Shown here piece after piece: positions 11,101-23,211 of a stretch of 64,000 bases of DNA. Location of the stretch: contig JBHGNT010000020.1 of the NCBI GenBank assembly GCA_043228905.1, positions 992,001-1,056,000 on the forward strand, in the 5' to 3' direction. The position numbers and the translations under genes were made by a program. Under the pieces are notes generated by a model. It was not told the origin of the DNA. It ran no database searches and saw nothing but the letters and a program-made list of their open reading frames with translations. How positions within the stretch are numbered: the first letter of the stretch is position 1; every line of letters starts with the position of its first letter. Origin of the DNA: Azolla caroliniana (taxonomy: Eukaryota; Plantae; Polypodiophyta).

Positions 11101-13064
11101 TTGATAATTTTATCTTGACTATTCAAGTCCATTTGATAATGTCACGTTCTTCGAGAGTTTCACAAGTAGAGGCTAAAAAGTCTCCAACAAATTGAATTCC
11201 TATAAATATTTGGTCGAAAAAGGGTTTCACTAAACTAGATTCGTTTTTATCTGATAAGAAAGTTCGGGTCACCTCTTGCTCGCTCACATAAAACATGGTA
11301 AAGATTAAGGACTTAGGTTTGATATGAGATATTTGTGCGGCTTTAGCCGTACAATTAGGATATTTTTGTTGAAAGCAATAACCAACGTTTCAATATTCCA
11401 AGCGCAAGCTATGTCCTATCGAGCGGTATTTCAATTCGATAAAAAAAATCTATTCAATTCGATTCGAGAATATAAAAGTGCTCTATAAGTTTCATAACTT
11501 GATTGTAAGAAGACAAGATCAAATTGAGTTAATCTGATGTTTCTCTTAAACAAGCTACTTATTCGCACATGTATAGGACACATTTATATGCGACTAATCA
11601 ACTATAATTTTATCTTGTCCATTTTTTGCTTTTGATAAACTTCCCTCGGAAGCAAGTTTAAATTGCGCCTGTAGTCCAATAGTTAAGATAATTGCCTTCC
11701 AAGCAATAGACCTGAGTTCAACTGTCGACAAGCGTATACCATGTTATTTCAAACAGTACTGGGGATCTAAAATAGAAATCTATTCAAGTTCCTTTGAGAA
11801 TGTCACGTTCTTTCAAAGTTTCACTAGTAGAGGTTAAAAAGTCTCCAACAAATTAAATTCCTATAAATATTTGCTCCAAAAATGGTTTTACTAAACTAAA
11901 TTCATTTTTATCTTATACGAAACTTACAGTCACCTTTTAGTTGGTCACATAAAACATGCAGAAGATTTAGGACTCAGGTTTGATATGAGATATTTGTGCG
12001 GCTATAGCCCTACAATTAGGATATTTTTCTTGAAAGCAATAACTAACGTTTCAATATTTCGCAAGCCTAAGCTATATCCTTTAGAGCGGTATTTTAATTG
12101 GATAAACAAAATCTATTCGATTAGATTCGAGAATATAAAATTGCTGGATGATTTGCATTACTAGATTGTAAGAACACGAGATCAAATTGAATTAATATGA
12201 TGTTTAGCTTAAACAAGCTGTTTTTATGGACTTGTTTCATTTGTATGCAAGAATAAAGTAAGGTTCACTATTTATTCGCTCAGGTATAGCACTCACATTT
12301 ATATGCGACTACTCAACAATAATTTTATCTTGTGTATTTTTTGTTTTTGATAAACTTCCAATCAACAATCAGGTTGAAATTGTGCTTGTAGTCCAACGGT
12401 TAGGATAATTGCCTTCCAAGCAATAGACCCGAGTTCAACTCTCTGCAGGCGGATACCACCTTATTGCAACCAGTACTCACGATCTAAAAGAGAAATCTAT
12501 TCAAGTCTCGTTGATAATGTCACGTTCTTCGAGAGTTTCATTAGCAGAGGTTAAAAAGTCTCCAACAAATTGAAGTCCTATAAATATTTGGTCCAAAAAC
12601 GGTTTTAATAAATTAGATTCGTTTTTATCTTATCAGAAACTTAGGGTCACCTTTTGGTCGCTCACATAAAACATAGAAAACATTAAGGACTCAAGTTTGA
12701 TATGAGATATTTGTGTAGCTTTAGTCATACAATTAAGATATTTTTCTTGAAAGCAATAACCAACGTTTCAATATTCCGCAAGCGCAAGCTATATCCTTTA
12801 GAGCGGTATTTCAATTGGATAAACAAAATCTATTCGATTAGATACGAGAATATAAAATTGTTGGATAAGTTTCATAACTAGATTATAAGAACACAGGTAT
12901 AGGAGTCACATTTATATGTGACTACTCAACCATAATTTTATTTTGTATATTTTTTATTTTTAACAAACTTCCCTTGGAAGTAGGTTTAAATTTTGCTTGT
13001 AGTCCAACGGTTAGAATAATTGCCTTCCAAGTCACACACCCGAGTTCAACTCTCGGCAAGCCCA
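8156..13064 (+). pseudogene. Degenerate or truncated tRNA-Gly copies at 8156, 8656, 9379, 10018 (3' truncated), ~10389 (internal deletion), ~11078 (5' stub), 11665, 12382, 12993
   Basis: Recognisable tRNA-Gly(UCC) sequence with several stem mismatches or deletions. Confidence 0.8.
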
Positions 13065-13539
13065 TACCATGTTATTTCATCCAATACTCACGATCTAAGA
13101 GAGAAATCTCGTCAAGTCCCTTTGATAATGTTACGTTCTTTGAGAGTTTCATTACCACAGGTTAAAAAGTCTCCAACAAATTGAATTCCTCTAAATATTT
13201 GGTCCAAAAACGGTTTCAATAAACTAGATTCGTTTTTATCTTTATAAGAAACTTCGGGTTAGCTTTTGCTCGCTCACATAAAACATGGAAAAGATTAAGG
13301 ACTCAGGTTTTATATGAGATATTTGTGCGGCTATTGCCGTATAATTAGGTTATTTTTCTTGAAAGCAATAACCCACGTTTCAATATTTCGCAAGCGCACC
13401 CTATGTGCTTTACAACGGTATTTCAATTGGATAAACAAAATCTATTCAAGTTTATTCGAGAATATAAAATTGTTGGATGAGTTTCATAACTAGATTGTAA
13501 GAACATGAGATCAAATGGAATTAATCTGATGTTTAGCTT

Positions 13540-14446
13540 CGTGTGATAGGGCCAATTGACCTCTTCTACCGCCGCGACCTCGTCCTCGATCACCGTCCGA
13601 ATTCGAGAAGAACATTTGTCCTTCCGAACTCAAGAAGAACATTGATTGGAGTTCAAAGAATGAAGAATGGTTTTCTCTCGCCAAGATTGTCGTCTGGAAT
13701 GGATCGAATTGTTCTGCGAGGCCGCCCAACCATACTTGGACCATCTCGTCTTCGTCGATGTTTATGTTGATGGAGCCAAGTGAGTTGCAAATGCTCTTAA
13801 TTTGGGCGGTTTAGTCCAACAGGGACATGTCTTTTTGTAGAATGTTATTCAACTCTTGTCGGAGTTGAAGCTTGCGGGAGGTCGTGTTGGCGGCGAACAT
13901 TTTCTTTAAGTTCTCCCACGCATCTTTGGGCGTCTTGGTGTCTGGAATGTTGCTAAGCATGTGGTCGTGGACACATGTTGCCAACCAATACATGACTTGA
14001 CTCGCCGCTTGCTCCGATGTTGTCGGGTCAATTGTCTTGAACGCCGTTGATGTAGCTCCAATACCCATGGCTAACGAGGTATTGGGTCATCTTGTACTCC
14101 CAAGATGAATAATTGCTGCAGTCTTGCTTTTCACTAGGGAGCAAGCTACGCATTTGTGTGGTCATGTTGATTGTAGTGTCTTCTCTTCTTTTGCTTTTCT
14201 TCCTTCGATCATGTACACGTGCTACGTAGCGGCACTACGGTAGTCGATATCCGAATTTTGTCGTTAGCGTCTCGAATACACAATCACAGAGTTGGGTGGG
14301 CTTAGGGGATTTTGTAAACCACACGCTCTGATACCATGTTAAGAATTAGGTGATTAATTAAGCAAGGGCTAATTAGTACCTAATTATGTGATTAGTTGAT
14401 AGACGGAAGATTAAGTGATATGTGTGTGTTTATGTGTGTGAAAAGA

Positions 14447-14481
<35 letters not shown>

Positions 14482-14824
14482 TAGAGAGAGAGAGACCGAG
14501 ATACGCTTATGAACAACACAAGATGGGGGATGAGTAACTATATTAGATTAGCATTAACATCATCATCAAATACAAAAATACCTACAATGAGGTATATATA
14601 GATCTCATGTGCAAGGGTGCACATGTGTGAGGATAATATACGTACAAACGTGTAAGTCCTATATTAAATGTACTTGGGAGTGGAGGATCTAGAATATCCC
14701 ACTTATGTACAACGTATTATTTAAGGCGTTATAGTCAACACTTCTAACTCGATTCTGTCTAGGTAACTACGAAGTTACATGGTTGAATAACTAACTAAAG
14801 TAAGTTTAGCTTGATCTCTCAAGA
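13540..14824 (-). mobile_element. Truncated Ty1/Copia element (family distinct from the other Copias): 5' LTR + PBS + partial gag, copy 1
   Basis: LTR 14337-~14824 (tgttaagaattagg...). tRNA-iMet-type PBS (gctctgatacca on +) at 14325-14336. gag from ATG at 14165: MTTQMRSLLPSEKQDCSNYSSWEYKM... and PKDAWENLKKMFAANTTSRKLQLRQELNNI (Copia gag/UBN2-like), frameshifted and truncated. The array resumes at agctcaaacaag. Confidence 0.88.
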
Positions 14825-15014
14825 AGCTCAAACAAGTTGTTTTTGTGGACTTGTTTCATTTGTATGCTAGAATACAGTAGGGCTCACTATTCGTTCGCTT
14901 AGGTAACAATTGGTAACGGTTAAGGACTCACATTGATATGCAAGTAGTCCACAATACTTTTATCTTCTATATTTTTTGTTTGTGATGAAATTCCACTGGA
15001 AGTGGGCTCAAATT

Positions 15015-15697
15015 ACGCTTGTAGTCTAACGGTTAGGATAATTACCTTCCAAGCAATAAACCCGAGTTCAACTCTCGACAAGTGCACACCATGTTAATTC
15101 AACCACAACCTATGATTGGAAAGAGAACTCCATTCAAATCCCTTTGACAATGTGACATTGTTCAAGAGTTTCAGTAACAGAGTCTAAAAACTCTCCAAAA
15201 AATTGAATTCCTATAAATATTTGGTCCAAAAACGGTTTCAATAAACTAGATTCGTTTTTATCTTATAGGAAACGTAGGGTCAACTTTTGCGCGCTAACAT
15301 ACAACATGGAAAAGATTAAGGACTCAGGTTTTATATGAGATATTTGTGCGGCTTTAGCCGTACAATTAGGTTATTTTTCTTGAAAACAATAACCCACGTT
15401 TCAATATTTCGCAAGCGCACCATATGTCCTTTACAACGGTATTTCAATTGGATAAACAAAATCTATTTAATTTTATTCGAGAATATAAAATTGTTGGATG
15501 AGTTTCATAACTAGATTGTAAGAACATAGGTATAAGAGTCACATTTATATGTGACTACTCAACCATAATTTTATCTTCTGTATTTTTTGTTCTTAACAAA
15601 CTTCCCTTAAAAGTAGGTTGAAATTTTGCTTGTAGTCCAACGGTTAGAATAATTGCCATCCAAGCGATAGACCCGAGTTCAACTTTCGGCACGCGCA
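15015..15697 (+). pseudogene. Degenerate tRNA-Gly copies at 15015-15086 and 15626-15697
   Basis: Multiple substitutions in the acceptor and anticodon stems. Confidence 0.78.
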
Positions 15698-15885
15698 TAC
15701 CATGTTATTTCATCCAGTACTCACGATCTAAGAGAGAAATCTATTCAAGTCCCTTTGATAATGTCACGTTCTTCGAGAGTTTCATTAGAAAAGGTTAAAA
15801 AGTCTCCAACAAATTGAATTCCTCTAAATATTTGCTCCAAAAACGGTTTCAATAAACTAGATTCATATTTATCTTTATAAGAAAC

Positions 15886-16632
15886 TGTTGGGAAACAGGT
15901 CCCTCCGGATGGGAAGGAAGAAGATCAGTGACGATGAACAAACCCGGTGAAGACCGGATGAGGAGTACCTGGCTACGGAGAGCCGGATGATACAGACCCG
16001 GTGTGAACCGGATGAGGAGTACCCGGCTACGGAGAGCCGGATGGTGCAGGCCCGGTATGAACCGGATGAGGAGTACCCGGCTACGGAGAGCCGGATGGTG
16101 CAGGCCCGGTATGAACCGGATGAGGAGTACCCCGCTACGGAGAGCCGGATGGTGCAGACCCGGTATGAACCGGAGGAAGAGACATATTCGTAAATATGTT
16201 TCGGAGAGCCCATTCTGGCTATATTTGTAAATAGCCGAAAAGTCATATTAGTATAAATATGACTTAGGGCAAACTAATATTGGGTTGTTGTCAATTTTTC
16301 TGTATTACACGATATTAGTGTGCGTAACGTTGTACACAAAAAGAGAGAGAGAGAAAGAGGTCGCTGCCTCTGTTGTAACCGCCGCCTGTGGCGAAGAGCG
16401 TGAGTCCGAGGTCGTTGCCTCCGTGAACTCACTGTTTTGTACATTCATACATAGTGACAGTTTGCAGCCTGTGGGCTGCCGTGGTTTTTCCTCTAGTTTG
16501 GGGTTTTCCACGTAAACCTCCTGTGTACCATTTCTCTTCTTTGTGTCGCGTTTCATTACCTGTTTTTCTGTGTATGAAAAGAATCTCGGTTGTGGCCGAG
16601 TCTTGCGCATAAGGAACGACAAGTTCCTGTTA
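15886..16632 (+). mobile_element. Copia solo LTR (family of the 46075 element)
   Basis: TGTTGGG...CCTGTTA (CA->TA). 5-bp TSD gaaac at 15881-15885 and 16633-16637. Contains 54-bp CCGG-rich repeats and a TATAAATA box; highly similar to the LTRs at 46075 and 51111. Confidence 0.93.
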
Positions 16633-16928
16633 GAAACTTAGGGTCAGCTTTTGCTCGCTCACATAAAACATGGAAAAGATTAAGGACTCAGGTTTTATAT
16701 GAGATATTTGTGCGGCTTTTGTCGTATAACTAGGTTATTTTTCTTGAAAGCAATAACCGACGTTTCAATATTTCGCAAGCGCACCCACCCTATGTCCTTT
16801 ACAACGGTATTTCAATTGGATAAACAAAATCTATTCAATTTTATTCGGGAATATAAAATTGTTGGATGAGTTTCATAACTAGATTGTAAGAACATGAGAT
16901 CAAATGGAATTAATCTTATGTTTAGCTT

Positions 16929-18186
16929 CGTGTGATAGGTCCAATTGACCTCTTCTACTGCCGCAACCTCGTCCTCGATCACCGTCCGAATTCGAGAAGA
17001 ACATTGATAGGAGTTCGAAGAATGAAGAAGGGTTTTCTCTCGCCAAGATTGTCGTCCGTAATGGATCGAATCGTTGTGCGAGGCCGCCCAACCATACTTG
17101 GACCATCTCGTCTTCGTCGATGTTTATGTTGATGGAGCCAAATGGGTTACAAATGCTCTTAATCTGGGCGGTTTAGTCCAACAGGGACATGTCTTTTTGT
17201 AGAATGTTATTCAACTCTTGTCGGAGTTGAAGCTTGCGGGAGGTCGTGTTGGCGGCGAATATTTTCTTTAAGTTCTCCCACGCATCTTTGGGCGTCTTGG
17301 TGTCTGGAATGTGGCTAAGCATGTGGTCGTGGACACATGTTGCCAACCAATACATGACTCGACTCGCCGCTTGCTCCGATGTTGTCGGGTCAATTGTCTT
17401 GAGCGCCGTTGATGTAGCTCCAATACCCATGGCTAACGAGGTATTGGGTCATCTTGTACTCCCAAGATGAATAATTGCTGCAATCTTGCTTTTCACTAGG
17501 GAGCAAGCTACGCATTTGTGTGGTCATGTTGATTGTAGTGTCTTCTCTTCTTTTGCTTTTCTTCCTTCGATCATGTACACGTGCTACGTAGCGGCACTAC
17601 GGTAGTCGATATCCGAATTTTGTCGTTAGCGTCTCGAATACACAATCACAGAGTTGGGTGGGCTTAGGGGATTTTGTAAACCACACGCTCTGATACCATG
17701 TTAAGAATTAGGTGATTAATTAAGCAAGGGCTAATTAGTACCTAATTATGTGATTAGTTGATAGACGGAAGATTAAGTGATATGTGTGTGTTTATGTGTG
17801 TGAAAAGAAGAGAGAGAAAGAGAGAAAGAGAGAGAGAGAGAGATAGAGATAGAGAGACCGAGATACGCTTATGAACAACACAAGATGGGGGATGAGTAAC
17901 TATATTAGATTAGCATCAACATCATCATCAAATACAAAAATACCTACAATGAGGTATATATAGATCTCATGTGCAAGGGTGCACATGTGTGAGGATAATA
18001 TACGTACAAACGTGTAAGTCCTATATTAAATGTACTTGGGAGTGGAGGATCTAGAATATCCCACTTATGTACAACGTATTATTTAAGGCGTTATAGTCAA
18101 CACTTCTAACTAGATTCTGTCTAGGTAACTACGAAGTTACATGGTTGAATAACTAACTAAAGTAAGTTTAGCTTGATCTCTCAAGA
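16929..18186 (-). mobile_element. Truncated Ty1/Copia element, copy 2 (segmental duplicate of 13540-14824)
   Basis: Same left and right junctions as copy 1; LTR 17699-18186; 27-bp deletion between aagaacatt repeats. Confidence 0.88.
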
Positions 18187-18376
18187 AGCTCAAACAAGTT
18201 GTTTTTGTGGACTTGTTTCATTTGTATGCTAGAATACAGTAGGGCTCACTATTCGTTCTCTTAGGTAACAATTGGTAACGGTTAAGGACTCACATTGATA
18301 TGCAAGTAGTCCACAATACTTTTATCTTCTATATTTTTTGTTTGTGATGAAACTCCACTGGAAGTGGGCTCAAATT

Positions 18377-20169
18377 ACGCTTGTAGTCTAACGGTTAGGA
18401 TAATTGCCTTCCAAGCAATAAACCCGAGTTCAACTCTCGACAAGCGCACACCATGTTATTTCAACCACAACCTATGATTGGAAAGAGAACTCCATTCAAA
18501 TCCCTTTGAGAATGTGACATTGTTCAAGAGTTTCAGTAACAGAGTCTAAAAACTCTCCAACAAATTGAATTCCTATAAATATTTGGTCTTAAAATGGTTT
18601 CTCAAAACTACTTTCGGTTTTAGGGTAAGAACACGGAAACAAATTGAATTAATCTAATATTTAGCTCAAACAAGCTGTTTTTATGGACTCGTTTCATTTG
18701 TATGCTAGAAGAAAGTAAGCCTCACTATTCGTTCGCTCAGGTAACAATTGGTAAAGGTTAAGGACTCACATTGATATGCAAGTTCTCTAGAATACTTTTA
18801 TCTTGTATATTTTTTGTTTGTGATGAAATTCCACTGGAAGTAGGCTCAAATTACGCTTCAGGTCCAACGGTAAGGATAATTGCCTTCCAAACAATAAAAC
18901 CGAGTTCAACTCTCGGCAAGCGCACACCATGTTATTTCAAGCACTACTTATTATCGATTCAATTCCTTTCGATAATGTCACGTTGTTGGAGAGTTTCATT
19001 AGCAGAGTTTAAAAATCTATACCACGTTTAAAAAGCAATAGACCACGTTTGAACAGACCGGAAGCGCACGTTATGTGCTTTAGAGCAGTACTTCAATTGG
19101 ACACGCAAAATCTATACGATTTGATTCGAGACTATAACGTTGTTGGACGAGTTTCATAACTAAATTGCAAGAACACGGGAATAGATTGAATTAATTTGAT
19201 GTTTAGGTCAAACAAGCTGTTTTTGTGGACGTGATTCATTTGTATGCTAGAAGAAAGTAAGGCTCACTATTTCTTCGCTCAGGTAACAATTGGTAAAGGT
19301 TAAGGACTCACATTGATATATAACTCGTATACAATAATTTTATCTTGTATATTTTTTGTTTGTGATAAAAATCCATTGGAAGGAGGCTCATATTGCGCTT
19401 GTATTCCAATGGTTAGTATAATTTCCTTACATGAAATAGACCTGAGTTCAACTCTCGGTAAGCGCACATCATCTTATTTCAACCACTACTTACGATCGAG
19501 AAGAGAAATCTATTTAATTCCCTTCGACAATGTCACGTTGTTCGAGAGTTTCATTAGTAGAGTCTAGAAACTCTCCAACAAATTAAGTTCTGATAAATAT
19601 TTGGTCAAAAACGGTTCCTAAAACTAGCTTCATTTTATCTTATAAGAATGTTACGGTCACCTTATGCTCGCTCACATTAAAAATGGTAAAGATTAAGGAC
19701 TTAGGTTCATATGAAATATTTGTGCGCCTGTAGTCCTACAATAGACCACATTTCAACATTCCGCAAGCGCACTCTATTTACTTTAGTGCAGTACTTCAAT
19801 TGGATAAACAAAATCTATTCGATTGGATTCAAGAATATGACATTGTTCGATGAGTTTCATAACTAGATTTCAAGAACATGGGAACAAATTGAATTAATCT
19901 GATGTTTAGTTGAAACAAGTTGTTTTTGTGGACTTTTTTCATTTGTATGCTACAAGAAGGTAAGGCTCACTTTTCGTTCACTCATGTAATGATAGGTAAA
20001 GGTTAAGGACTAAAATTGATATCCAACTACTCAACAATAACTTTATCTTGTATATTGTTTGTTTGTGATAAAACTCCCTTGTGCGTACGTTCATATTGTG
20101 CTTGTAATCCAACGGTTAGGATAATCTCCTTCCAAGGAATAGAACTGATTTCAACTCTCAGCAAGCGCA
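18377..20169 (+). pseudogene. Degenerate tRNA-Gly copies at 18377, 18853, 19395, 20098
   Basis: Full length but with several stem-disrupting substitutions. Confidence 0.78.
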
Positions 20170-20316
20170 CACCATGTTATTTACAACACTACTTTAGATG
20201 GAAAAGCAAAAAAAATTCCAATTCCCTTCGACAAAGTCACGTTGTTGGAGAATTTCATTAGCGGAGTGTAAAAACTCTCCAGCAAATTGAATTCCTATAA
20301 ATATTTGGTCAAAAAA

Positions 20317-21074
20317 TGACAGGAACTACACGCATTAATCTCCGGAAACAACCGAAACAAAATCACTAAGTACTACACGCTCTGCTAAATCAATGCTCAG
20401 TCACAACCGAGTCTAGGATCAAACAGAGAAAAAATGGGAATGAAATGCACGACACAGAGAAGAGAAGAGTGCATAGGATGGTTAATGTGGAAAACCCTAA
20501 GAGGGAAAAACCACGGCAGCCCACAGACTGCAAACTATCACTATATCACAATGATTACAACAGTGAGCTCACGGAGGCAGCGACCTCGCGCTCACGATCT
20601 TCGCCACAAGCGGCGGTTACAACAGAGGCAACGACCTCTTCCTCTCTCTCTCTCTCTCTCTCTGTACACTGTTACGCGCTCTCTGATCTAGCGCCAACAA
20701 GAATGACAACAACAAAATAAAAGAGTTTGCCCTAAGTCATATTTATACTAATATGACTTTCCGGCTATTTACAAATATAGCCCCGATGGACTCTCATAAA
20801 CATATTTACGAATATGTCCCTTCATCCGGTGAGCACTCCTCACCGGGCTTGCATCATCCGGCACTTGCCGGGCACATGTCATCCGGTTCTCACCGGGTCT
20901 TCACCTTCCGGCTCTTGCCGGGTACTCGTCATCCGGTTCTCACCGGGTCTTCTGTTGCCAGGTACTTGTCATCCGGTTCTCACCGGGTCTTCCGTAGCCG
21001 GGTCTTCCACATCTGGTTTGCTTATCAGTACTGTTCCTTATCACTTCCCATCCGGAGGGACATGTTTCCTAACA
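20317..21074 (-). mobile_element. Copia solo LTR, inverted, related family
   Basis: TGACAGGAAC...CCTAACA on +. TSD aaaaa at 20312-20316 and 21075-21079 within the host ggtcaaaaaac. The reverse complement resembles the 15886 LTR (gcctctgttgtaaccgccgc, tataaatatgacttagggcaaac). Confidence 0.92.
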
Positions 21075-23139
21075 AAAAACAGTTTCTCAAAACTACTTTC
21101 GGTTTTATCCTATAAGAAAGTTAGGGTCGCCCTTTGCTCACTCACAAAAAACATGGTAAAGATTAAGGACTCAGGTTTGATATGACATATATGTGCACCT
21201 TTAGCCCTACAATTAGGATATTTTTCTATAAAGCAATAGCCTACATTTCAACATTCCACAAGCACAAGCTATGTCCTTTAGAGCGGTACTTCAATTGGAT
21301 AAACAAAATCTATTCGATTTGAGTCGAGAATATAAAATTGGTGGATGAGTTTCATAACTAGATTGTAAGAACACGAGAACAAATTGAATTAATTTGATGT
21401 TTAGCTGAAAGAAGTTGTTTTGTTGGACTTGTTTCATTTGTATACTAGAAGAAAGTAAGACTTAGTATTTGTTCGCTCAGGTAACAATTGGTAAAGGTTA
21501 AGGACTGACATTCATATGCAACTACTCAAAAATAATTTTATCTTGTAAGTTTTTTAATTTTGGTAAAGATCGATTGAATGTAAATTCAAATTGCGCTTGT
21601 AGTCCAACCGTTAGGCTAACTGTCTTCCAAGCAATAGACCCAAGTTCAACTCTCGGCAAGCGCATACCATGTTATTTTAACCACTATTCACAATCTAAAA
21701 CAGAAATCTATTCAAGTCCCTTCGACAATGGCATGTTCTTCAAGAGTTTCATAAGCAAGGTTTAAGAACTCTCCAACAAATTGAATTCCTATAAATATTT
21801 AGTCAACAATAATTTTATGTTGTATCTTTTTTGTTATTGATAAACTTCCCATTCAAAGTAGGGTCAAATTGCACTTGTAGTCCCTACTTACGATCTATAA
21901 GAGAAATCTATTCAAGTCCCTTCGACATTCTCACGTTCTTCGAGGGTTTCATTACCAGAGTCTAAAAACTCTCCAACAAATTGAATTGCTATAAATATTT
22001 AGTCAAAAAACGGTTTCTCTAAACTAGTTTCGTTTTTATCGTATAAGAATGTAAGGGTCACCTTTTGCTCGCTAACATAAAAAATGGTACACATTATGGA
22101 CTCAGCTTGATATGAGATATTTGTGTGCCTATTGCCCTACAATTAGGATATTTTTCTTGAATGCAATAGACCACATTTCAACATTCCGCAAGTGCACACT
22201 ATGTGCCTTAGCGCAGTACTTGCATCAGATAAACGAACTCTATCCGATTCGATTTGACAATATGACATTGGTGGATGAGTTTGGTAACTAGATTGTAAGA
22301 ATATGGGAACAAATTGAACTAATATGAGAATATAATATTGTTCACTAACTTTCATAAGAAGATTGTAAGAACACGAGATCAAATTGAATTAATCTGATGA
22401 GTAGCTTACATAGGTTGTTTAAGTAGATTTCTTTCATTTTTATGAGAGAAGAAAGTAAGGTTCAGTTTGTATTCGTACAGGTATACGACTCCCATAATTA
22501 TGCGACTACTGAACAATAATTTTATCTGGCGTATTTTATGTTTTTGATAATGTTCCACTAGAAGTAGGTGGAAATTGCGCTTGTAGGCCAACCGTTAGGA
22601 TAATTCCCTTCCAAGCAATACACCCGAGTTCAACTCTCGGGAAGTGCATACCATGTTATTTCAACCAGTACTCACGATATAAAAGACAAATCTATTGAAG
22701 TCCCTTTTATAATGTTATGTTCTTTGAGAGTTTCATTAGCGGAGGTTAAAATGTCTCCAACAAATTGAAGTCCTATAAATTGAAGTCCTATTGAAAGCAA
22801 TAACCAACGTTTCAATATTCCGCAAGCTCATCTTTTTTCCTTTAGTGTGGTACTCGAATTGGATAAACAAAATCTATTCGATGACATTGGAGAATCTAAA
22901 ATTGTTGGATGACTTTCATAACTAGATTGTAATAACACGAGATCAAATTGAATTAATCTGATGATTAGCTTACATAGGTTGTTTTTGTGGATTTCTTTCA
23001 TTTGTATGCGAGAAGAAAGTAAGGTTCAGTTTTTATTCGCACAGGTATAGGACTCCCATAATTATGCGACTACTCAACAATAATTTTTTCTTGCCTATTT
23101 TAAGTTTCTGATAAGCTTCCACAGAAGTAGATGGAAATT

Positions 23140-23211
23140 GCGCTTATAGTCCAACGGTTAGGATAATTGCCTTCCAAGCAATAGACCCGAGTTCAACTCT
23201 CGGCAAGCGCA
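23140..23211 (+). tRNA. trnG-UCC: tRNA-Gly(UCC), near-intact
   Basis: Single G7->A change (acceptor-stem mismatch). Confidence 0.65.
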
